A stretch of 32,069 nt of DNA from Gaiellales bacterium (GCA_036502065.1 DASXZF010000215.1:1-32069), one strand, 5' to 3'; counted from the stretch's first letter, positions 23,233-31,104 are shown. Notes: generated by a model from the letters alone, not told the origin. Program-made: numbers and translations.

Positions 23233-24405
23233 CTAGAGGGACAGCAACTTCTCGGGACCGCGCCGCTCCAGGCCGCGGCTGACGATCAGGCGCTGGATCT
23301 CGCTCGTTCCCTCCCAGATGCGGTCGACGCGCAGCTCGCGCCACAGCCGCTCGGCCGGGTTCGAGCGCATGTAGCCGCGGCCGCCGAAGATCTGCACGAC
23401 GCGGTCGGCCACCCGGCCGGCGGTCTCCGACGCGACCAGCTTCGCCATCGACGCCTTGTGGTGCACGAGCTTGCGATCGGCGCCGGAGTCGGCCAGCCAG
23501 CCGACGTAGTAGGTGAGCAGCCGTGCGGCGGTCGTCTCGGCCGCGCAGTCGGCGAGGGCGAAGCTGACCGCCTGGTGGTCGAAGATGCGGGTGCCGAACT
23601 GCTCGCGCTCGAGCGCCCAGGCCGTGCCGAGCTCGATCAGCCGGTCGCAGGCGCCGACGCAGCGGGCGGCGATGTGGACGCGCTCCTCGACGAACCACTC
23701 GCCGGTCAGCTCGAAGCCGCGGCCGATCTCGCCGAGCACGTTCTCGCGCGGCACCGGCGTCTTCGTGAACGTGAACTCGGGGTGGCGATAGGGGAAGTTG
23801 TGGCTGAAGTCCGGGTCGGCCGTCATCTCGACGCCGGGCAGGTCCTTGTCGACCAGGAACAGCGCCGGGCGGCGGTCGTGGCCGTCCACGGCCCACGCGA
23901 GCACGATGAAGTAGCTCGCGACGTCGCCGTCGGTGACGAACCACTTCACGCCGGAGAGCTCGTACCCGCTGCCGTTCCAGACCGCCTCGGCGGCGATCGC
24001 GCGCGGGTCGGAGCCGGCGCCGTCCTCGGTGATGGCGTAGGCGTGGCGGTGCTCGCCGCGGACGTCGGGCAGCAGGTAGCGCTCGATCTGCTCCGGCGTG
24101 CCGTGGACGAGGACGTTGGACGGGCTCCAGACGAGCACCCACAGGCAGTTCGTCAGCCGCCCGAGCTGCTCGTGGGTGACGATCTGCTCGGTCAGGCTGA
24201 ACCCGCCGCCGCCGAACTCCTCGGGGATGTTGTTCGCCGCGAGGCCCGAGTCGAGCACGGCGCGCTTGATCGCGGCGTGCGACTCGGCGCTCAGCCGGCC
24301 ATGGTGCGTCTCGGCCTCGGTCTCGTAGCCCTGCAGGTGGTCGTCGACGAGCGCGCGCGCCCGTGCGCGGAGGTCGATCAGCTCGGGCGTGAGGGCGAAG
24401 TCCAT
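23233..24405 (-). CDS. Acyl-CoA dehydrogenase family protein
   Basis: 390 aa. ACAD N, middle and C domains. Motifs ITEDGAGSDP and RIWEGTSEIQRLIVSR. SD GAAAGGA. Confidence 0.93.
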   Translation of the reverse strand: MDFALTPELIDLRARARALVDDHLQGYETEAETHHGRLSAESHAAIKRAVLDSGLAANNIPEEFGGGGFSLTEQIVTHEQLGRLTNCLWVLVWSPSNVLVHGTPEQIERYLLPDVRGEHRHAYAITEDGAGSDPRAIAAEAVWNGSGYELSGVKWFVTDGDVASYFIVLAWAVDGHDRRPALFLVDKDLPGVEMTADPDFSHNFPYRHPEFTFTKTPVPRENVLGEIGRGFELTGEWFVEERVHIAARCVGACDRLIELGTAWALEREQFGTRIFDHQAVSFALADCAAETTAARLLTYYVGWLADSGADRKLVHHKASMAKLVASETAGRVADRVVQIFGGRGYMRSNPAERLWRELRVDRIWEGTSEIQRLIVSRGLERRGPEKLLSL

Positions 24406-24434
24406 CGGGTTGGTCCTTTCGAGGTGTGGTGTGT

Positions 24435-24466
24435 GGGGCCTGGCCCCGCATGCGGGGCCAGGCCCC
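24435..24466 (-). terminator. 32-nt perfect palindrome GGGGCCTGGCCCCGCA|TGCGGGGCCAGGCCCC
   Basis: Lies 14 nt downstream of the HutF-like stop (24480) and 30 nt upstream of the ACAD start. No U-tract. It is built from two inverted GGGGCCWGGCCCC units. Confidence 0.45.
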
Positions 24467-24479
24467 GGTTGTTCGGTGG

Positions 24480-25601
24480 TCAGATCGGTCGCAGCGCGGC
24501 GGCCGAGCCGCCGAAGATCAGCGCCGCCGCCACGGCATCGGCAGGGACGCCCGCGAGCAGCGGATGTGAGCGGTCGACCTCGACCTCGGCCGGCGGCGCG
24601 GCCAGGCCGAGCGCCTCGGCGCCGCAGCGGCTGCCGATGTCGAGCAGGTAGCCGGTCGGGCCGTCGGCGCCGGGCGGCACGAGCACGTTTCGGCGCTCGG
24701 CGCTGCGCCGTGCGACCGATTCGATCTCGCGCAGCTCGACGATCGGGTCGATGATCGTGTTCGAGTCGGTGCCGATGCAGACGCGGATGCCGCGCTCGAA
24801 CAGGCGCAGCGCGGGCAGGTAGCCGTCACCGAGGTTGGCCTCGGTGGTCGGGCACAGGCACACCGCCGCCCCCGCCTCGGCCACGAGGTCGAGCTCGCCG
24901 TCCGAGGCGTGGGTGCCGTGGACGATGGTCGTGCGCGGCCCGAGGGCGCCGGCGAGGGCCAGCACCTCGATCGGGCGGCGGCCGTACTCGGCCACGCACT
25001 CCTCGATCTCGCGCCGCTGCTCGCACGCATGGATATGGAGCACCATGTCCGTCCGCTCGGCGTAGCGGCCGATCTCCTCGAGCCACGAGCGCGAGACGGC
25101 GCGAATGCTGTGCGGGGCGAGCCCGACCCGGCCCGGCCGCTCGGCGGCCAGCGCCTCGACGCGGCTCAGGTACGTCGCCACGTCGGGATCGCAGAACCGG
25201 CGCTGGCCGGGAGTCGGCGGCAGGCCGGCGCCGGCCCGCTCGTACGCCGTCATCAGCAGCACCTGGTCGATGCCGGCCTCGTCGGCCGCGGCGGCGGTCG
25301 CAAGCGCCATCGCGTTCGCCGGCGCGTACGGCGTGCCGTCGGGGCGGTGGTGCACGTAGTGGAACTCGCCCACGGCGACGTATCCCGCCGCGACCATCTC
25401 CCGGTAGGCGAGAAGCGCGATCGCATGCGCCGAGTCGGGATCGAGCCGCCCGGCGGCCGCGTACATCGCTTCGCGCCACGTCCAGAAATCGTCGTGGGGA
25501 TGGGCGGGGTCGACGTGCTCGACGATGCCGCGCATGCCCCGCTGGAAGGCGTGGCTGTGGGCGTTTACGAACCCGGGGAGTCGAAGCGCCGGCGTGGTCA
25601 C
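24480..25601 (-). CDS. hutF: Formimidoylglutamate deiminase-like amidohydrolase (HutF family), compact form
   Basis: This is the C-terminal 373 codons of track ORF 24480..27053. GTG 25601 follows GGAAGGA. LPGFVNAHSHAFQRGMRG, FWTWREAMY, EFHYVHH, HIHACEQ, HGTH and CIGTDSN closely parallel my recollection of Pseudomonas HutF. Confidence 0.82.
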   Translation of the reverse strand: MTTPALRLPGFVNAHSHAFQRGMRGIVEHVDPAHPHDDFWTWREAMYAAAGRLDPDSAHAIALLAYREMVAAGYVAVGEFHYVHHRPDGTPYAPANAMALATAAAADEAGIDQVLLMTAYERAGAGLPPTPGQRRFCDPDVATYLSRVEALAAERPGRVGLAPHSIRAVSRSWLEEIGRYAERTDMVLHIHACEQRREIEECVAEYGRRPIEVLALAGALGPRTTIVHGTHASDGELDLVAEAGAAVCLCPTTEANLGDGYLPALRLFERGIRVCIGTDSNTIIDPIVELREIESVARRSAERRNVLVPPGADGPTGYLLDIGSRCGAEALGLAAPPAEVEVDRSHPLLAGVPADAVAAALIFGGSAAALRPI

Positions 25602-25606
25602 CCGCG

Positions 25607-25612
25607 TATCCT
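25607..25612 (+). promoter_or_regulatory. -10-like TATCCT 10 nt upstream of GTG 25623
   Basis: This is the only TANNNT in the 21-bp divergent gap. Its complement overlaps the SD of the HutF-like gene. Confidence 0.25.
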
Positions 25613-25622
25613 TCCAGACCCC

Positions 25623-26810
25623 GTGCCGGCGGTCTCCCGACAACGCTTCCTGACCTGGTTCGCCGAGCTGGCCGGCATCGGCCGCACCCCCACGGGCTGG
25701 AACCGGGTGGCGTGGACGCCGCTCGAGGTCGAGGCGCAGGAGTGGTTCCGGCACGCGGCCGAGGGCATCGGCCTGCAGGTCCGCAAGGACGGTGCCGGCA
25801 GCATGTGGGCGGTCGAGCCCGGGGCCGGCGAAGGCCCGTACGTGTGCGCCGGATCGCACCTCGATACGCAGCCCGACGGCGGCGCCTACGACGGCGCGCT
25901 CGGAATCGTGTGCGCGCTGGAGGCGGCGGCGGTGGTGCTCGAGTCGGGCGAGCCGCGCAGCCGGCCGCTCGCGGTGATCGCGTTCGTCGACGAAGAGGGC
26001 GCGCGCTACCGCTCGTCGTGCTTCGGGAGCCAGGCGATCGCCGGCGAGCTCGACGTCGACGGCGTCCTCGGCGTGATGGGCGACGCGCCTGCGATCCACG
26101 GCGTGACCCGCGAGTCGCTGCTCGCGAGCCGCGCCGAACTGGCGCACATCGGCTGCTTCCTCGAGGTGCACGTCGAGCAGGGCAAGGCGCTCGTCGATCG
26201 CGGCCAGGCGCTCGGGATCGCCGACGTGCTCGCGCCGCGGCAGCGCTACACGGCCGAGTTCGAAGGCGAGTCGAATCACGCCGGGACGACGCCGATGCCG
26301 GGCCGCCGCGACGCGCTCGTCGAGGCCGCCCGCTTCGTGCTCGCCGTGGACGAGGCCGCCCGGGCGCGCCCGGGCGCCGTCGGCACGGTCGGCCGGATGC
26401 AGATCACGCCCGGGTCGACCAACTCGATCCCCGGCCATGTCCTCTGCACGCTCGACACGCGCGCGCTCGAAACGGCGACGATCGACGATCTGGTTGCCGA
26501 CCTGCGGGGACGCTTCCCGGCCGCGCGCATCACCGAGGTGTCGCGCAACCTCGGCTCCACGTTCGACGCCGGGCTGCGCACCGCGCTGTTTGCATCGGCG
26601 GCAGCGTCCGGGATCTCGGCGGGCGACCTGCCCTCGTTCGCCGGCCACGACGCGGGCATCCTGGCGGGGCACGTGCCGGCGGCGATGGTGTTCGTGCGCA
26701 ACCCGACCGGCGCGAGCCACACGCCGGCCGAGTCGGCGTCCGACGACGACTGCGTCGCCGCCGCGCAGGTGATCGCGGGGGCGATGGCGGAGCTCAGCGG
26801 CCGGCCGTAG
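25623..26810 (+). CDS. M20-family Zn-dependent amidohydrolase (allantoate amidohydrolase / N-carbamoyl-L-amino-acid hydrolase type)
   Basis: This is the C-terminal 395 codons of track ORF 24909..26810. GSHLDTQPDGGAYDGALG, FVDEEGARY, EVHVEQG, SNHAGTTPM and PSFAGHDAG are typical of the hydantoinase/carbamoylase amidase family. GTG 25623 is the only plausible start before the conserved N-terminus. Confidence 0.85.
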   Translation: MPAVSRQRFLTWFAELAGIGRTPTGWNRVAWTPLEVEAQEWFRHAAEGIGLQVRKDGAGSMWAVEPGAGEGPYVCAGSHLDTQPDGGAYDGALGIVCALEAAAVVLESGEPRSRPLAVIAFVDEEGARYRSSCFGSQAIAGELDVDGVLGVMGDAPAIHGVTRESLLASRAELAHIGCFLEVHVEQGKALVDRGQALGIADVLAPRQRYTAEFEGESNHAGTTPMPGRRDALVEAARFVLAVDEAARARPGAVGTVGRMQITPGSTNSIPGHVLCTLDTRALETATIDDLVADLRGRFPAARITEVSRNLGSTFDAGLRTALFASAAASGISAGDLPSFAGHDAGILAGHVPAAMVFVRNPTGASHTPAESASDDDCVAAAQVIAGAMAELSGRP

Positions 26811-26899
26811 GTCGCGGGCGCTCGGGGCGCCGTAAGGCAACCAATTGACCGTTCGAGCGGATGCCAATTGCGACGGACGGCCACCCCACGACGCATCCC

Positions 26900-27031
26900 C
26901 TGTGGACAGCGCTGTGGGAAACCGCGCCCCGCCTCTGGACGGCTTGTGGAGCGATGCACGAGTTTCCCGCACGATGCGATCTCGCCGCGAGGAAAACCGT
27001 CCCAGCGCTTGACGACGGTCTGTGGAAAGCG
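26900..27031 (+). repeat. Array of same-orientation (C)TGTGGA-core direct repeats in a non-coding gap
   Basis: Units are CTGTGGACAGCG (26900-26911), CTGTGGGAAACC (26912-26923), CTCTGGACGGCT (26933-26944), TGTGGAGCG (26945-26953) and CTGTGGAAAGCG (27020-27031). The surrounding 26811-27121 has mixed third-position composition, so it is non-coding. Confidence 0.6.
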
Positions 27032-27121
27032 TCACCCTCTCTGCGCCCAACACCCCCAGTCTCCGGCGTCAGGCCCAGCGGTTTCCGTCCTCAGGGCCTG
27101 GCGCCGGAGCATTGGTGCTGC

Positions 27122-27277
27122 ATGCCGACCGCCCCCAAGCCTGACTCCGACCACACGCCGAAGCCCGTGGCCCTCGTCGTGCCCGACGACGACGCGGCCG
27201 GGCGGCTGCTCGCCGCGATGCTCGCGGCCGCCGGCGTCACACAGCCGGTCGCCGAGCCCGCCCTCGCCGAGGCCTAG
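27122..27277 (+). pseudogene. Receiver-domain-like N-terminal fragment (51 codons); a possible response-regulator remnant or a small ORF
   Basis: High-GC3 ORF MPTAPKPDSDHTPKPVALVVPDDDAAGRLLAAMLAAAGVTQPVAEPALAEA. The pattern of a hydrophobic beta-1, an acidic DDD and a helix ending in G matches the first 40 residues or so of CheY-like receivers, but the ORF stops there. No good SD or -10. Confidence 0.3.
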
Positions 27278-27540
27278 TCCGAGTCCTGTCCCTGCCGGCC
27301 CTCGGTGGGGCCGGCGTGCTCGTCGCTCCACGGCTGCGCGCTGGGCCCAGCGAGGAACGCCTCGATCTCGCGGATCCCGCGGCGGATGTCACGGCGGCGG
27401 CGGATGCCCTCGCGGACGTCCGGGGCCAGCGTCCGCCATGTCCGCACCCCGACGTGCAGGAGCACGAACATGAGGACGACGAGCGCTGCAACGGCGACGA
27501 GCGCAACGATCAGCGGCTCCATCGACGCGGTCAATGACAT
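27274..27540 (-). CDS. Small single-pass membrane protein (88 aa), hypothetical
   Basis: N-terminal TM segment EPLIVALVAVAALVVLMFVLLHV, then a charged tail REGIRRRRDIRRGIREIEAF. GAGG lies 10 nt upstream of ATG 27540. It is 98 nt downstream of the secreted protein gene on the same strand. Confidence 0.5.
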   Translation of the reverse strand: MSLTASMEPLIVALVAVAALVVLMFVLLHVGVRTWRTLAPDVREGIRRRRDIRRGIREIEAFLAGPSAQPWSDEHAGPTEGRQGQDSD

Positions 27541-27593
27541 GGTGCCGACCTCGGTTTCATCTAACGCCTCTGCCGCTGTCGAGTCTATGCCTC

Positions 27594-27627
27594 ACGGGGC
27601 CTGCACGCAACGCTCCGTGGGCCCCGT
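27594..27627 (-). terminator. GC hairpin ACGGGGCC ... GGCCCCGT downstream of the secreted-protein gene
   Basis: 8-bp outer stem plus an inner CACG/CGTG pairing. No U-tract, so this is a weak call. Confidence 0.25.
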
Positions 27628-27638
27628 CACCATTGCCG

Positions 27639-28799
27639 TCACCGGATCCGCGTCATGCAGTAGGTGCTGTTCTTGCCGAACGGGCCGTCGCAGTGCGGGC
27701 GCCGCTCGAACTGGTTCGCGTTCCCGAAGCTGTCCGCCGTGCTGTTTCGGTCGACGCCGTAGCTGAACGAGCCGTCGGTGTTCTGGCTGAACCACGGATA
27801 GATGCAGTACGGACCGCCGTAGTGCGTGCAGGTCGAGCCGGTCTCGCTCGGGTCGAGGATCTCGGCCTTTCCGCCGTAGTCGCTCACGACCGCCCAGTGC
27901 TTGGCCTTGCCGCGACTGCCGAACCGCACCGAGTCGATCTTGATCGGCGAGGTCTGGAACCAGGCCGGCCAGTTGTAGGACTCGCAGCCCGAGTGGCCCG
28001 GCGCACAGAACGCGCCCGGGCTCGCGCTGAAGTCCGACCGGTGCCCGATCTCCCACACGAACGAGTTGGGAGCGTCATGGACGATGCCCCAGCCGAGTGC
28101 GTTTCCGATCTCCTGCTTGCTGAACGCCGGGTTCATGGCGCCGGTGCGCTTGTTGCGAAGGACGATCGAGCCGTGCTCGTGCGTCGTCAGGTCGGCCACG
28201 TCGATGTGAGCCCCGTCGTGCGCCGGCGTGCCGTAGTAGTGAAGCGTGATCGTGTCGCCCGCGTGCATCACGAGCGGCCCGCTGGTGCCGGCCTTGCGCA
28301 GCATGGCGTCAAACGCCGCCGGCTCGTTGTTGCCGACGACCGACCACACCGGCGTGCACACGGTGTAGGTGTTGCGCGCGAACGTGAAGTTCGAGTTGCC
28401 GTTCTGGAAGCACTTCGACACCATCGTGTCGGGGTAGAACTGGACCTCGAGGAACCCCTGGTTGAAGAGCGCCTTGGGGTTGGGGTCGGTCACGGTGCCG
28501 CCCATCCAGAAGCCGAAGCCGGTGCCCGACACAGGGAAGACCCCGTCGGTCGGCAGGACGAACTTCCAGGTCAGGTTCTGGGCCGAGTGCGGCAGCGACG
28601 ACACGGGGTCGAGCTCCGGCTCGTCGTGGCCGGTGCAGCCCGGCCGGTAGTGGACTTCGATCTTGCCCTCGACGTACACGACGTGGCGCGACACGCACAG
28701 GTGCCCGACACGGGTAGCTGCTCCTGCGGCCGCAGGCAGCGATGCAAGCATCGCCACCGCCGTCGCCAACGCAAGCACGAACGCGGTAGAACGTCCCAC
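27639..28799 (-). CDS. Secreted Cys-rich protein of unknown family
   Basis: 386 aa. Strong SD GGGGGAGGGG 5 nt before GTG 28799. Sec signal MGRSTAFVLALATAVAMLASLPAAAGA. 10 Cys in five close pairs. The composition is unusually N/F/Y/S/T/W-rich for this genome. No family recognised. Confidence 0.85.
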   Translation of the reverse strand: MGRSTAFVLALATAVAMLASLPAAAGAATRVGHLCVSRHVVYVEGKIEVHYRPGCTGHDEPELDPVSSLPHSAQNLTWKFVLPTDGVFPVSGTGFGFWMGGTVTDPNPKALFNQGFLEVQFYPDTMVSKCFQNGNSNFTFARNTYTVCTPVWSVVGNNEPAAFDAMLRKAGTSGPLVMHAGDTITLHYYGTPAHDGAHIDVADLTTHEHGSIVLRNKRTGAMNPAFSKQEIGNALGWGIVHDAPNSFVWEIGHRSDFSASPGAFCAPGHSGCESYNWPAWFQTSPIKIDSVRFGSRGKAKHWAVVSDYGGKAEILDPSETGSTCTHYGGPYCIYPWFSQNTDGSFSYGVDRNSTADSFGNANQFERRPHCDGPFGKNSTYCMTRIR

Positions 28800-28863
28800 G
28801 AGAACCCCTCCCCCTGATGAGCCGAACGCCCTGCCACTCTATGCCCCGCGACCCGTGAATTCA

Positions 28864-30048
28864 ATGTTCTCCGCGAACACCGGGCGCAACCGGCTCACGC
28901 CGCGCGGATTCGTGATCGCATTCGGCGTCGTCAGCCTGCTCGGCGACGTCGTCTACGAGGGCGGTCGCAGCATCGCCGGCCCCTACCTCGCCACGCTCGG
29001 CGCGAGCGCGACCGTGGTCGGCGTCGTCTCGGGCGCGGGCGAGGCGGTCGCGCTCATGCTGCGCCTGGGCACCGGCCGCGTCTCGGATCGCACGGGCCGG
29101 CGGTGGGCGCTCGCCGTCGCCGGCTACGCGATCACGGTCGTCTCGGTGCCGATGATGGCGCTCGCCCGCTCGGTGCCGGCGGCGTCCGCGCTGGTGGTGT
29201 CGGAGCGGTTCGGCAAGGCGGTGCGCTCACCGGCCCGCGACACGATGCTGGCGCAGGCGAGCGGCGACATGGGCCGCGGGCGGGCGTTTGCGATCCACGA
29301 GGCGCTCGACCAGTCGGGCGCGCTGATCGGGCCGCTGATCGTGGCGGCGATGGTCGCGATCAGCGGCTACCGGCTCGGCTTCGCCGTGCTCGCGATCCCC
29401 GGCGCGCTGACGCTCGTGGCCGTCGCCCGGCTGCGCGCGGCGGTGCCCGACCCGGCCGCCTACGAGCCGGCCGACGTGTCGCAGCCGGGCGAGCGCACGG
29501 CCGCCGATGGCGGCTTCCCGGCCCGGTTCTGGATGTACGCCGCGTTCACCGCGCTGACGATGACGGGATTCGCCACGTTTGCCGTGCTCGGCTACCACCT
29601 GCAGGCGCGGCACGTCCTCTCGCCGCCGTGGATCCCCGTGGTGTACGCGGCGGCGATGGGCGCGGCCGCGCTCGGCGCCCTCGCCGCCGGATGGGCCTAC
29701 GACCGCGCAGGGCTGCGCGGCCTGGCGATGCTCCCGGTGCTGGCGGCGATCGTCCCCTTCCTCTCGTTCTCGACGACGCCGGCCCTCGTCTGGATCGGCG
29801 CCGTCGTGTGGGGCGTCGCGATGGGCGTGCACGAGTCGACGATGCGCGCCGCCGTGGCCGACCTCGTCCCCGCCGCGCGCCGCGGCGCCGGCTTCGGCGC
29901 GTTCACCGCGGTCTACGGACTCGCGTGGCTGGCGGGCGGCGGCCTGGTCGCCGCGCTCTACAGCCGCTCGGTCGGCGACGCCGAGGCGTTCGTGGTCGGC
30001 GTGCAGGCGGCTGCGCTGGTCGCGTTCGCGCCGCTTTGGCGGCCATGA
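28864..30048 (+). CDS. MFS transporter
   Basis: 394 aa from ATG 28864. About 12 hydrophobic segments. MFS motif A-like GTGRVSDRTGRRWA. Confidence 0.88.
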   Translation: MFSANTGRNRLTPRGFVIAFGVVSLLGDVVYEGGRSIAGPYLATLGASATVVGVVSGAGEAVALMLRLGTGRVSDRTGRRWALAVAGYAITVVSVPMMALARSVPAASALVVSERFGKAVRSPARDTMLAQASGDMGRGRAFAIHEALDQSGALIGPLIVAAMVAISGYRLGFAVLAIPGALTLVAVARLRAAVPDPAAYEPADVSQPGERTAADGGFPARFWMYAAFTALTMTGFATFAVLGYHLQARHVLSPPWIPVVYAAAMGAAALGALAAGWAYDRAGLRGLAMLPVLAAIVPFLSFSTTPALVWIGAVVWGVAMGVHESTMRAAVADLVPAARRGAGFGAFTAVYGLAWLAGGGLVAALYSRSVGDAEAFVVGVQAAALVAFAPLWRP

Positions 30049-30063
30049 CCGCCTGCCGCCGGG

Positions 30064-31098
30064 TCAGGCCGCCGACCCCGCCCGCGGCAGCCGCGCCGCC
30101 GCCTCGGCGGCGATGAAGCGCCGGATCGATTCGACGTCGCCGCCGTGCGAGAAGCCCGCCGCCTGCTTGTGCCCGCCGCCGCCCGTCTTGCGGGCGATCT
30201 CGGACACGTCGATCGCGCCCCGTGAGCGCAGCGACACGCGGTTGGGCGGCGCGATGCCGTCGAAGCCGAGCGGCGGCTCCCGGATCAGCCCCGCCACCTC
30301 GACGCCGCTGATCGCGCGCAGGTTGTCGACCAGGCCCTCGGTGTCGGACTCGGCCGCGCCGAGGCGCAGGAAGTCGTCGCGGGAAACGTGCGAGACGGCC
30401 ACCCGGCCGCGCTCGTACAGCACGAGGTGCCCGATCACGACGCCGAGCAGGCGCAGCTTGCGCAGGGGCATCGTCTCGAAGACGCGCTCGTACACGAGCT
30501 GGATATCCACGCCGGCGTCGACCAGCCGCGCCGCCATCCGAAGCGCGCTCGGGCCGGTCGTGCGCTGCTGGAAGCGGCCCGTGTCGGTGACGAGCGCGAC
30601 GTAGAGCGCCTGGGCGATCTCGGGTGTGAGCTCCACGTCGAGGGCGGCGAGCACGTCGAGCAGGATCTCGGCCGTCGACGAGGCGGCGCCGTCGATCAGG
30701 TTGACGTCGCCGAAGCGGGTGTTGTCGTAGTGGTGGTCGACGTCGACCACGGTCGCCGCCGCCTCGACCACGGGGCGGTGCCCGCGTCCCAGCCGGCGGA
30801 CGGTGGCGCAGTCGAGCGCGAGCAGCGTCCAGCCCGCGAGGCCGGCGGGGTCGAGCTGTCGTTCGAGCCGCGAGACGTCGAGCAGGCGCAGCTCGCTCGG
30901 GATCGACGAGCACGGCTCGAGGTAGGTGCGCACCTCCTTGCCGAGCCCGCGCAGGCCGGCGGCTGCGGCGACGAGCGAGCCGATCGCGTCGCCGTCGGGG
31001 TTCTCATGGGTGGCGATGACCACCCGGTCGGCGCTGCGCAGCGCCGCGACGGCTCGTGCGAACTCCGGGTCGGACGCCCGCCGGTGCGTGTCGTCCAC
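30064..31098 (-). CDS. nrnA: DHH/DHHA1 phosphoesterase, bifunctional oligoribonuclease / pAp phosphatase NrnA-like
   Basis: 344 aa. Motifs HENPDGDAIGS, VDVDHHYDN (DHH) and GGGHKQAAGF (DHHA1). Confidence 0.88.
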   Translation of the reverse strand: MDDTHRRASDPEFARAVAALRSADRVVIATHENPDGDAIGSLVAAAAGLRGLGKEVRTYLEPCSSIPSELRLLDVSRLERQLDPAGLAGWTLLALDCATVRRLGRGHRPVVEAAATVVDVDHHYDNTRFGDVNLIDGAASSTAEILLDVLAALDVELTPEIAQALYVALVTDTGRFQQRTTGPSALRMAARLVDAGVDIQLVYERVFETMPLRKLRLLGVVIGHLVLYERGRVAVSHVSRDDFLRLGAAESDTEGLVDNLRAISGVEVAGLIREPPLGFDGIAPPNRVSLRSRGAIDVSEIARKTGGGGHKQAAGFSHGGDVESIRRFIAAEAAARLPRAGSAA

Positions 31099-31104
31099 GC
31101 CCGC

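Noticed and set aside
26900-27031. A chromosomal replication origin, suggested by the clustered DnaA-box-like TGTGGA repeats.
   Set aside because: There is no dnaA, dnaN, rpmH or parAB context. There is no A/T-rich unwinding element, and only one site is 8/9 to the consensus. I keep it as a possible regulatory or titration array, not as oriC.
24480-27053. The 857-aa minus-strand ORF and the 633-aa plus-strand ORF (24909..26810), each taken as a single long protein.
   Set aside because: Only the C-terminal 373 aa and 395 aa respectively carry amidohydrolase and M20 motifs. Each N-terminal extension runs antisense through the partner gene and is compositional noise.
26861-27121. The first 87 codons of the 138-aa ORF 26861..27277.
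   Set aside because: Many codons end in A/T (att, cat, aca, gaa, tgt, gga, ttt, aaa, tca, tct, cct), unlike real genes here. The apparent LW repeats in the peptide simply reflect the TGTGGA DNA repeats. Only the last 51 codons look coding.
27639-28799. Calling the secreted protein a glutamic (G1/eqolisin-like) peptidase because FWMGG and FVWEIGH vaguely resemble the family's catalytic-Gln (VGIDG-type) and catalytic-Glu (EWIVE-type) blocks.
   Set aside because: The catalytic Gln context is absent and the similarity is only a few residues. That is not enough to support a family call without a profile search.
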